A stretch of 63,855 nucleotides of DNA, the filler included, from Reticulomyxa filosa (lineage: Eukaryota > Protista > Foraminifera): NCBI GenBank assembly GCA_000512085.1. It is 15 parts of 15 records of this genome, joined end to end, with 100 filler letters (N's around TTAATTAATTAA, not from the genome) between each part and the next. Parts side by side here need not be neighbours in the genome. Positions count along the whole stretch, not along the records: positions 1 to 1,158 come from ASPP01046730.1; positions 1,259 to 7,568 come from ASPP01003684.1; positions 7,669 to 10,093 come from ASPP01031952.1; 12 more parts are not named here. One strand, given 5' to 3'. The position numbers and the translations under genes were made by a program. A model generated the notes under the pieces. It saw nothing but the letters and a program-made list of their open reading frames with translations. It did no database searches and was not told the origin of the DNA. This document shows positions 1 to 10,093 of the stretch, one piece after another (the first letter of the stretch is position 1; the number at the start of each line of letters is the position of its first letter).

Positions 1-1158
1 ATTGTTTTGTCCCATGATGAAGAACAAATGACATTACGACGATGATAATGATAGTGATATGATGAAAATTTCACACAAGACACAACACTTGAATGTCCAT
101 TGAATAATTTTATTTGTTTGTTGGTATTTACATCCCATACACGAACTGTTTTATCATTTGATCCAGAACAAATAAATTGATTATCATCAAATGTTGAATA
201 ATCAATACTATTCAAAATTTTTGTGTGTCCATTGAGTGTATTGATTAATTTGGATGATGAACGAAATGTTTGAAAATTGACAGTATGAGTTGCTTGTTTT
301 TGTTGTTCAGTTTCTTTTTCATCATTTTCATAATTTTCTTTTAATTCTTTAATGATTTTCTCATAATTAGATAATTGTTTTTCTTTATCATTTAAATCTT
401 TTTTAATCATTGCATTATTTGTTTGTATTTGTTGAATTGACTTGTTTTTATCAATAATTTCTTTATCTTTTGATTCAATATGTTGTTTCAATGTATTAAC
501 TTCATTATCTTTAATTTGTAAATGTTTTTCCAATTGATTTAATTGTTCTTCCAATTGATTTAATTGTTTTTCTATTCGTTTTTCTTTATCATTTAAATAT
601 TTTATAGTCATTTCATTATCTGTTTGTATTTGTTGAATTGAATTGTTCTTATCAATAATTTGTTTATCTTTTAATTCAATTTCTTGTTTCAGTGTATTAA
701 CTTCATTATCTTTGATTTGTAATTGTTTTTTCAATTGATTTAATTGTTCTTCTATTTGTTTTTCTTTATCATTGAAATCTTTTTTAATCATTTCATTATC
801 TGTTTGTATTTGTTGAATTGATTTGTTTTTATCGATAATTTGTTTATCTTTCAATTCAATATCTTGTTTCAATGTGTTAATCTCATCATCTTTGATTTGT
901 AATTGTTCATTGAATTGATTTAATTGATTTAATTGAATAAATGGTTTTTGTATTTGTTTTTCTTTTTGATTGAAATCATTTTTAAAGAATTCAAAATCTG
1001 CATGATATTTGAGTGATTCTTGTTGAAAATGAATTTCAGATTTTTTAATTTCTTTTTCTTTTTCATTCCATTGTTGTTTTTCATTCAAAAGATGTTCAAT
1101 TTGTTTATTTAATAATCCAATTTCATCTTTTTGTTTTTTAATCAAATTTAATAATAAA
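1..1158 (-). CDS. Coiled-coil + WD40-repeat protein, partial (runs off both contig ends)
   Basis: Manual minus-strand translation gives a Q/K/E/N-rich coiled coil followed by FQTFRSSSKLINTLNGHTKILNSIDYSTFDDNQFICSGSNDKTVRVWD...GHSSVVSCVKFS...NVICSSSWDKT. Same family as the genes at 35371 and 48898. Absent from the ORF track because there is no start or stop in the contig. Confidence 0.85.
380..960 (-). repeat. Three ~180-200 bp coding tandem repeats in the coiled coil
   Basis: The unit 'tttctttatcatt.aaat...tgtttgtatttgttgaattga...ttatc.ataatt...caatgt.ttaa...atcttt.atttgtaa' restarts at about 380, 581 and 762. Confidence 0.8.
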
Positions 1159-1258
1159 NNNNNNNNNNNNNNNNNNNNNNNNNNNNNNNNNNNNNNNNNN
1201 NNTTAATTAATTAANNNNNNNNNNNNNNNNNNNNNNNNNNNNNNNNNNNNNNNNNNNN
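1159..1258. other. Artificial contig-joining spacer (first of 14)
   Basis: 44 N + TTAATTAATTAA (stops in all six frames) + 44 N. The same spacer recurs at 7569-7668, 10094-10193, 17301-17400, 24478-24577, 27116-27215, 31297-31396, 33065-33164, 37819-37918, 40028-40127, 42472-42571, 50086-50185, 51195-51294 and 60144-60243. Adjacency across a spacer has no biological meaning. Confidence 0.98.
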
Positions 1259-3991
1259 ACACACAATAGCAAAAATTTTCACTTAGAGCACTGGCCTCTT
1301 TTTTTTATGTGCGAAATGTCGTAGTGTAGTATTTGTGCAAAATTAGTAAACAACACGAAATCGTTTCTCCTTTGAGCAAATTTCTTTGAATTAAAGAAAA
1401 GAAAAGTAAATAACAAATAAAATGAAAAAAATAAAACTGGAAGAAGTGAAATTTCATTGCTCACTTGAACCTTGTCAACGTCCAGTAATGCTTTGGCCTA
1501 CAATGTTATCTTCAGCAAATTTTAAAAGAATTAAACCTTAATGATCATTTCAAATTTTTTCTAACAACCAATCTAGTAAACGGCCAAATATTTTTTGTTA
1601 TGCTCTTTGGACTAGTGAAGAATCTTGATAACATAAATAACATCAAAAGAAAACTCATTGCATTTAGTATTGCAGCAATTCAGCAACAACAATTGATCTA
1701 TACTTCATTCATTATAATTAACCTTCTTGCTTGTAATGCAAGATTGCATTAGAGGGGAAGAGATATGTCAATTAGTAGATAAAATAAATTTGAGCAGATT
1801 ATGTGATGATTTGATGCAAGTGTTTGTACAACTGAATTTGGAAGTTTTGTCATTGATGACTGATCATTTGATTAGTGTAAGCAAATGACTGTCAATAATA
1901 TATAACTGAAAAAAAAGGCATTTTCCCAATAAAAAAACGACGATAAGCTTTTTTGCAAGGAAAAAAAAAAAGAAATAAAATTCGAATATTCAGCGACTAT
2001 AACGCCCAAAAGGAAAGCAAGAGTGGACGCTACACTTCCTTCGTTACACTTGACTTAGCCGAAGTGTGTCTACCTTGGCTGCTTTAGGTTGGATGGAGGT
2101 AGCAAATACAAAGCAAGTGGTAGCTACTTCTTTCTCGTAATGAGAATCTGTGGGGGGAGCAAAGAACTTTGAGATTGCGTTTAGTTTTGTTGCGTTTAAA
2201 AAAAGGAAATTACACCTTTGATTTTGATTTTGATTTTGTTTTGATTTGCAAAATTTGATATTTTCTAACCCTTGTTCCGAAGTAAATGCTTCTATAAAAT
2301 TTCCAAAATATATCCAACAAATGAAAGTGATGAGATTGAATGGTTCAGAAAAAGGGTCCAATTCCATTTTTTTTATTTTTTATCTGTAATGGTTTGTTTA
2401 ACGCAACTTCGAAGAGAATGCGTGCCTTGTCACAGCATATTATAACATGAATGAGTTAATTATGACGCAATTCAATGTAAATTTTGAAAGTAGCTCTTTG
2501 TTTTCAAAATCATTTTATATCTTTATATTCTTCTTACGTATCAAGTATTGCTTGCTAGACGCTTTGTTACTCACTTTCGATACTTTTTTAATGACCAGTT
2601 GATGTGGTGATTCTTGTGTTTGTGTGTACATTTAAGACAAATCAAAAATGAATGCTTTGGAGAAGATGTTCTGTGAATATTTTTTTAATGCAAAAGAAAG
2701 TGTCTTTTCTTTCTTTAATCTTTACACGTTGACACCAAATTAACAATAATTTATTCCGTTGAAAATGTTTTTATTGACAAAAAGAGCTTATTTTCTTTTG
2801 TGTCTTTAAATCATTTCGGGTCTCTTCGCATAATTTTCAGACCAAGAAAGAACAAACTCAAGAAGAATCAGATTTATGATTTGATCACAGTTCGTGCAAT
2901 TAATGAAGTTGTGCAAATACTCAACAACAAATACTTTCTTCTATTATCAATTGTATGCTAACCTGTTTTGTCTGAGAAACGATAAAAAAGATCAATTGTT
3001 CACACCACAAATGTTCGGCAACTATTATACCATGAGATCATAAGTTGTATAAATTTTTTGATCAAATCTTTTTTTACGATAACTAAGTACACTTTTGCTT
3101 TATCGTTACATTGGCTTTGAGCACTTTTAAACAGAAAATTGTCCGCCGCTTTTGATAGACATTCTTTTCTTATTGGTTTTATTATTTGCACGTCAAAGGC
3201 AAAGCGCACGTGCAATCTTGATTAATATTTGCTCAATTTTTTAATGATTTTAAAAAATTTTTTTTTTTAATTTCTTCTCATTTGCTTGTTTTTTTTTCCA
3301 AAGCAGAATCGCATACACAACAAATTCATTTAATTGAACACTAAAACCAGGAATTATCCTTTTCCTTTTGTGGTCTTCCAAAGGGAACCAAACTTCCAAC
3401 CGTTCTTTTTGCTTTTGGCCTGCAAGTAGGCCATATATAACAAGTAAACCAGTTAACCGTCTGCTAACAAAATATATACAAAACTAAAACACAAATAAAA
3501 CAACGAACAACAATACAAAAAGTTCATCGTCCCTTTTTGTTTAAACGCGAATTTTTTTTGTCAGCAAGTCCTTGTTTTTACTGTGTAAAATGGTCTTTTC
3601 AAATGGATTTTGACAGTTTTTTACACGAAGGAGTTGCGTTTTTTAAAATTGTGCATGAGATTACGAATGAATCATAGAGTAGTCATGGAAAAAAATTAAA
3701 CAAACAAAAATAAGCGGATTGCCTTAATAAACATATCAAATATTTTTGTGAGCATTTTTTTTTACTTATTCAAGTTTGCAAAAAGTTTTAACAAGAAGCA
3801 ATATTGAAGGATTGGAATAAATGTAGAAAACAACAAATCTTTGATAGAGCATAAGTAGGACGTGTGACAATTGAAGAAGAAAAAGTATTTGTTGATGAAA
3901 TTGAAATAGATGCATCAACTTTTTTTTTAAGATTATTTTACATCTTAAAAAAATGGAAAAAAAGATCAACGAAGAGAAAGAAAAATAATGA

Positions 3992-5693
3992 TCATTTGTC
4001 AAAAGATTGATAAACTTTCCCATGCATTTTCCACTTCGACCCAAAATGTAAAAACACTCCAGAGATAAAGGCCAACAGTGATAAATATACTCCTACCCAT
4101 ATAACATTGGAGATAGCTAAAGCTTCGGCAATTAAGGGAGCAGTTCCTCCGAACAAAGCTAAGCAAGCATTGTAAGCAATACCCATGGCAGAAAAGCGAA
4201 CGCCAACATTATCAACACACTCGACCATGAACAATTCCATCGGGCCTCCAAACATGGCCAGTCCAGTGCCAATGATAACCTCAGAGACGACCATTGGCCA
4301 CCAATCACCTCTGCATTTGTCGAGCAGCACAAACATTGGAATGCTGACCACACACACCCAAATGCAACTAATTTTCATCGTTTGATAATAATTAAACCGA
4401 TCTGCCAGCCATCCGCCGGTCACTTTTTGAAAGAATATTTTTTTTTTTTTTTTAAGTGGCAATTAAAAAAAAAAAATATATATATATGTATATATGTATA
4501 TGTACATATACATATATGTACATATAAATAAACAAACCCAAAGAGATACACATCCAAAGCAAAAGAATAGCATTGACACTGACGGCATTACGATAAGGTG
4601 GATTTTGTTGTGAGCTGATGTAATTGGGGGTCCATACGAAAATGAGATAAAAACCAGTCCCCCAAACCACAACAACGACGGACATATAAATGATTTCTCT
4701 CCAATGTTCTCGAATGGCTGTTTTCATGGGATTGGACACAATGGCGGATCGTGACTTGGCCACTTCGAACTCGTGGGATCCAGGCATGGTCATTTGCACG
4801 CGAAACCCCGACAGTCCAATGATCGCCGAGGCTATAAACGGTATCCTCCATCCATAGTCGACCAACGTATGGTCTGACATCGTCAAATACAATATCGCCA
4901 CAAAGCTGTTTCCTAACAGCACTCCTGTATTTACGGTGGCCATTACTATGCTTCCATAAAACCCCCTTTTTCCAGGGCGAGCACTTTCTTTTTTTTTTTT
5001 TTTTATAAATTATTATTTATAATTTATAAATAATAATAATAACAAAATAAAATAAATGTGGTTCTAAACCAACTAAAAAAAGCATCGATCCCACTAATTG
5101 CCCACCGACAGAAAATCCTTGAATCAATCGCAAAATCGTCAATAACACCGGTGCACCAATGCCAATGGTATGGTATGTTGGTAAGCATCCCATGATGAGC
5201 GTGGCTACAAACATGACTAACATTGACAGTTGTAAGGCTTGCTTTCGACCATACTTGTCGCCAATCACACCGAATACTATTCCACCCAATGGCCTTGCCA
5301 CAAACGCTCCTGCGAATACTCCATATGTTGCCAATAGTTGCACTGAGGCTTCACCTTTTGGAAAAAAGTTCACTGATATTTGCTTCGCCAAAAAACCGAA
5401 TACACTGAAATCGTACCTTGTTTGTTTTTTTCCATCGACAACAACATTTAACGTGCAAAAAAAATAAAAAATGCGAAATAACAGTGATTTTATGTAATGC
5501 ATGTAGATAAGGGTGGATGAAAGTGTTCGCCAGACCATTCCAATATGTTGCCGAGTGACCCACCAACAATTTGTGCAATTGTTATGTCAGGATGCGAAGA
5601 AGGTTTTGGAGTATCTGTTGTCTCCAGAGTCTTTGTTTCCACATTTTCTAATTCAGTTTCGGAGGAATCGTTTTCAACACTTTCTGAATCCAT
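3992..5693 (-). CDS. MFS transporter, metabolite:H+ symporter (MHS, ProP/KgtP-like) family, 4 exons
   Basis: Exons 5693-5536, 5416-5070, 4987-4538 and 4422-3992 join through GT-AG introns into GNILEWYDFSVFG...ARPLGGIVFGVIGDKYGRK...LRLIQGFSVGGQ...ESARPGKRGFYGS...YGWRIPF...GGWLADRF...YNACLALFGGTAP, which are ProP-family motifs. Confidence 0.9.
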
Positions 5694-6789
5694 TTTCTAA
5701 ACCAAGCTTCTTGAACTTTTCTGGTATTTTTACTCTGTTTTTTAAAAACTTAGGTAGGCACGGTTCTAAACTTATAAAAATCTAACTTCTCTTGAGTATA
5801 TCATTTTTGTGCTTGTTAATGCTGTTAACATGTTTGTTTGCAAATTTGGATCACTTTTTTTGCTGAAGCAAATTAAACAACAAAAAATCTGGACATATTT
5901 TGCTTATCATGATAGTTATTTTGTGCTGAAAATCATGTGTAAAAACGGGAAAAGTGTAGCGTGGAGGTTGTGGAGACTCCTTTAATAAAATTTTCTCTTT
6001 TCTTTTTGTTTTTTCTTTTAAAAAATAGGTCATTTTGTGATGCAAATTGATGAAATCACAAACACCAGCGCTTTGCAAATGAATTTTTGTTTTGTTTTTG
6101 GTAAGTTCTTTTACTGCGCCACAAAGTGCAAACATTTAATTCGCAATGATTTTTGGTAAATGCGCAAAATTTATTTTGTTCTGATACTTTTGAAAATCTC
6201 ACAAGATGATTCGTTGTGACAGTGTCCAAACTGCATTGTTGGTAAACGAATCACCCTTTTGTGTGAGAGAACATGATAATAAGTGGCCGAGTCTGAGCTA
6301 ATTGGCCAGTGTTAGCAAAGAGAGACAAAAACAAAAAAATAAAAAAAACAAACAAAATAAATCAATAGAAAATGATTGAACAAGTTTTAATGCCAGAATT
6401 GCTGCTTTGGTTAACTAAAAAGTAAGTTGTGTTGTTTTCGTTGTTTTTTTAAATGATGAATTGACATATGTCACTCTTCTGAGTGCCTGTACGTAATTGA
6501 GAGTGTGGGCATTCTTATGATGGTACGACGAGGGTCTGACCTTTTTTGGGAATTTTTTTCGCAACTTTGCGTGTAGATGTTGGGCAAAACAGGATATGGC
6601 TGTTGTGTAAAATATAGGAGTAAAATATTTGGAATTTACGCACAAGTATTAGTACCAAAAAGAGTTGTACAGTGTTTTGCTGCTTTTTTGATTAGTTATA
6701 TTTGAGTATTTCTAGTTGTTTTTGAACAATTTCAATGATTATTCACTTTTTAAATAAATCACAATTTTACCAAAGTAGTTTACTAAAAT

Positions 6790-7050
6790 TATATTTTTTT
6801 GCTGCTTGTCAATCCAAAAACAATAAACTTCAACACAAATGATGGGTTTTTTAGGAAATATAACTGCTGCAGCAACAATGGCCTCACCGTTGATTGTCAT
6901 GAAAAGAGTAATTCAAGAACAAAACTCAATTTACTTACCTATTCCAATTACTGCAACGGCTGTGATTAACTCTTTGTCATGGGTGTTGTATGGGTTGATG
7001 GTTCAAGACTTTTTGTGGTCTTCCCAAATGTCTTGGATGTGTTCGAGCTG
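6790..7050 (+). pseudogene. SWEET/MtN3 sugar-transporter fragment (second MtN3 repeat), frameshifted
   Basis: MASPLIVMKRVIQEQNSIYLPIP...NSLSWVLYGLMVQD, then FVVFPNVL after a shift in a T run. No N-terminal half is visible upstream. Confidence 0.7.
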
Positions 7051-7289
7051 TGCTAAATACGGAACAATCACCAAATATGGGATGGATCTTCGACTTTGAA
7101 AGCAAAAAGAGAGACATTTTTATCCAAGGAACATGTGATGATAGTATCACTGAATTATGTAAACTGCTGGAATGGGACGAAGAACTCAAAGAATTGCAAA
7201 ACAAATTTGAACGTGTTCACACAAAAATATTGGAGCGAGCTGTTAGTCCAGATTGTCAAGGACAAAATGCAGACTTAATGTCTCAATGA
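7050..7289 (+). pseudogene. Class I sirtuin (SIRT2/Hst2-like) C-terminal fragment
   Basis: FDFESKKRDIFIQGTCDDSITELCKLLEWDEEL matches the RDxxxxGxCDxxxxxLxxLLxWxxEL end of the sirtuin domain. The catalytic core is absent. Confidence 0.7.
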
Positions 7290-7824
7290 TTAATCAATGC
7301 AACTTTAATTGTTGTTGGGTTTTTGGGAGTTATTTATTTGGTTTTGTTTGCCATGCTCAATCTCAATATGAATAAATTTGTTGCCCCGCAACTGAATTTT
7401 CATCATTTACCTTCATATCATCCACAAACATCGAATGTATCTCGAGTTTAGTCTGCCACGTTACACAACGTCAATAAAAATACACAAATACTATAAAAGA
7501 TTGTTTTTATAAATGATCTTTTCAAACTAAATTAATCTTTTAATGAGGCATAATATTAAAAAAAAAAANNNNNNNNNNNNNNNNNNNNNNNNNNNNNNNN
7601 NNNNNNNNNNNNTTAATTAATTAANNNNNNNNNNNNNNNNNNNNNNNNNNNNNNNNNNNNNNNNNNNNTTGAAGAAGGCTTGCTGATGTATCTTTAAGGT
7701 AGCAATCCCCATATTTTTATTAAACTTGGATCAATAAATTGGGTTTCTGGGTAATAATTAAATCTTTACAATGAGTATTATTTATATTATAAATTCTTGG
7801 ACATTAATTAAATTAATTGCGAAA

Positions 7825-8094
7825 ATGAGTGTAAAAATTAGATTATCCAGAGCTGGGGCGAAGAAAAAACCATATTATAAAATTGTAGTAGCGGATTCAC
7901 GTTCACCTAGAGATGGTAGATTTATTGAGAAAATTGGAAGTTATAGTCCATTACTTGCTAATGACAATCAAAAGCGAGTTGTGGTAGATGTTGAAAAAGC
8001 AAAGTATTGGTTATCAGTGGGTGCAAAGCCAACTGAAAGAGTAGAGAAATTTTTTGTACAATTAGGTTTGAGCTCAAATAAAAAAGCTAATTGA
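7825..8094 (+). CDS. rpsP: 30S ribosomal protein S16 (bacterial)
   Basis: [42 protein letters not shown]...[13 protein letters not shown]. The likely start is ATG 7825, not 7771. Confidence 0.97.
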   Translation: MSVKIRLSRAGAKKKPYYKIVVADSRSPRDGRFIEKIGSYSPLLANDNQKRVVVDVEKAKYWLSVGAKPTERVEKFFVQLGLSSNKKAN

Positions 8095-8120
8095 TCTATT
8101 AAATTTTTTTGTGGGAAGAT

Positions 8121-8654
8121 ATGTCAAATAAAAAATTAAAATCCGATTACGACATTTGTGTTGGAGTAATAACGGCAGTCAACGGCGTAAAAGGTTATGT
8201 GAAAGTTAGAAGTTTTACTGATAAACCTCAAGATATTACTACATTTTGCAAAGTATTTGATGAAAATGAAAAAGAATATAACTTATCTGTTATTACCTTA
8301 AAAAAGGATTACATAATTGTTGGTATTAAAGGGATAAATTCTCGTAACGATGCAGAAAAATTAAGGAATACTAAGCTTTTCATCAAAAGATCAGAGTTAC
8401 CACAAGCTGGTAATGAGGAATTTTATCATGCAGATCTAATCGGTTCAGAAGCTAAGCTTAAAAATGGAACAAAATTTGGGGTGGTTAAGAATATAGTGAA
8501 TTTTGGAGCAGGGGATATCATTGAAATCTATGATTTTAATTCCGAGAAAACTGTATACTACCCGTTTACTAAGCAGTTCGTTCCAGAAATAGATTTATCT
8601 ACTAAATCCGTAACCTTGGAGCCGCTAGAGGAAGTTCTGGCTGCTTCTGAGTAA
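8121..8654 (+). CDS. rimM: Ribosome maturation factor RimM
   Basis: VGVITAVNGVKGYVKVRSFT...SRNDAEKLRNTKLFIKRSELP...EFYHADLIG...NFGAGDIIEI...PFTKQFVPEIDL, in the canonical operon position. Confidence 0.96.
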   Translation: MSNKKLKSDYDICVGVITAVNGVKGYVKVRSFTDKPQDITTFCKVFDENEKEYNLSVITLKKDYIIVGIKGINSRNDAEKLRNTKLFIKRSELPQAGNEEFYHADLIGSEAKLKNGTKFGVVKNIVNFGAGDIIEIYDFNSEKTVYYPFTKQFVPEIDLSTKSVTLEPLEEVLAASE

Positions 8655-8663
8655 TATTTTCCC

Positions 8664-9374
8664 GTGTGGAAAGTTACCGTCCTTACCTTATTTCCTAAAA
8701 TATATCCCGGTATATTAGGGACTTCGATTATTGGTAAAGCTCTTGAATCAGGAATATGGGATTTAAAAGTTCATAATATCCGCGACTATGCAAATGATAA
8801 ACATCAGACGGTTGATGATACTTCCTATGGTGGAGGCAGTGGAATGGTGATGCGTCCTGATATCTTGGGAGATGCAATAGATGGCTGTTTTGATAAGACC
8901 AAGCCGATAATTTACCTTTCCCCTAAGGGTAAGTTATTTAATCAATCAGTAGCTAAATCCTTGGTTGAAAGTAAAGATGGAATAAATGTCATCTGCGGAA
9001 GGTATGAAGGTATTGACGAAAGGGTATTTAAAGAGTATAACATCACTTCGATTAGTATGGGCGATTTTGTTGTCTCATGCGGAGATGTAGTGTTATTTCC
9101 ACTTATTGATTGTTGTGTGAGAATGCTACCTGAAGTCCTCGCAGAAGATGCCAAAAAGGAAGAAAGTTTTAGCGTTGAATCACGATATAAACATCTTCTT
9201 GAATATCCTCATTATACCAAACCACCTGAGTGGAAAGGTTATAGAGTTCCGGAAGTGTTAACTTCTGGTAATTATGCAGAGATCGAAAAATGGCGGCTTG
9301 ATCAGGCAGAGCAAATTACAAAGAATGCACGTCCCGATTTATGGGACCAATACATTAAGGAGAATAAAAAATGA
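8664..9374 (+). CDS. trmD: tRNA (guanine-37-N1)-methyltransferase
   Basis: GTG start; [51 protein letters not shown]. Confidence 0.97.
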   Translation: MWKVTVLTLFPKIYPGILGTSIIGKALESGIWDLKVHNIRDYANDKHQTVDDTSYGGGSGMVMRPDILGDAIDGCFDKTKPIIYLSPKGKLFNQSVAKSLVESKDGINVICGRYEGIDERVFKEYNITSISMGDFVVSCGDVVLFPLIDCCVRMLPEVLAEDAKKEESFSVESRYKHLLEYPHYTKPPEWKGYRVPEVLTSGNYAEIEKWRLDQAEQITKNARPDLWDQYIKENKK

Positions 9375-9850
9375 ATTTATTGCAACAATTTGAAGCTAAA
9401 AAAATTAAAGAGCTTACAGCAAATAAGCAGATTCCAGAATTTAGACCAGGCGATACAGTTAAAGTATATGTTAAGATTGTGGAAGGATCTGCAGAAAGGA
9501 TACAGGCTTATGAAGGAGTTTGCATAAATAGAAAATTTAGGGGAATTGGTTCGACATTTACTTTAAGGAAAATCAGCCATGGTGAAGGTGTAGAAAGAAA
9601 ATTCAATTTGTATTCGCCAAGATTGGATAAGATCGAAGTCGTGAGAAAAGGTAAAGTTAGAAGAGCGAAACTTTACTACATGAGAGAATTAAGTGGTAAA
9701 GCGGCAAGAATTGAAGAGAGAATTAAAATTTCTGGTTCAGCACCGGTAACAGATGCTTCAGTGGCTGAATTCAAGAAAGCTAAAGGTGATGCACCCGCAG
9801 CTGAAAGTAAAAAAGCAAAAGCAAAAGCAGCTAAAACAGAAAAAGAGTAG
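9371..9850 (+). CDS. rplS: 50S ribosomal protein L19
   Basis: [12 protein letters not shown]...[11 protein letters not shown]...[11 protein letters not shown]...[16 protein letters not shown] overlap with trmD; Ala/Lys-rich C-terminal tail. Confidence 0.97.
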   Translation: MNLLQQFEAKKIKELTANKQIPEFRPGDTVKVYVKIVEGSAERIQAYEGVCINRKFRGIGSTFTLRKISHGEGVERKFNLYSPRLDKIEVVRKGKVRRAKLYYMRELSGKAARIEERIKISGSAPVTDASVAEFKKAKGDAPAAESKKAKAKAAKTEKE

Positions 9851-9859
9851 TTAATTCTT

Positions 9860-9880
9860 TGGTTAACTAATAATTAACCA
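9860..9880. terminator. Possible weak hairpin after rplS
   Basis: TGGTTAA-ctaataa-TTAACCA inverted repeat 10 nt after the stop. It is AT-rich and has no clear U-tract. Confidence 0.3.
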
Positions 9881-10061
9881 TAATTCCTCTATATAAAATC
9901 AAGCATGCCTAAATATGATATAATATAATTAGCGTATAAGTTACGCTGGCGCTTATCGTCCCTTAAATTTTTACTGGATAATAACTTTGGTAAGGTGATA
10001 CAAAGATTATCTTTGTAGATAAGAAAAGATTAAACTTTTCGAAAATTTGAAGGGGGGAGAG

Positions 10062-10093
10062 ATGAGAATAATTAAAATCATAATTCTATTGCT
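10062..10093 (+). CDS. 5' end of a bacterial gene with a signal-peptide-like start (truncated)
   Basis: A GGGGGAG Shine-Dalgarno-like tract precedes ATG, giving MRIIKIIILL before the contig ends. Confidence 0.5.

Noticed and set aside
4185-5467. Antisense and alternate-frame ORFs over real genes (also over the WD40, DEP and LINE regions)
   Set aside because: Shadow ORFs with no motifs or independent signals.
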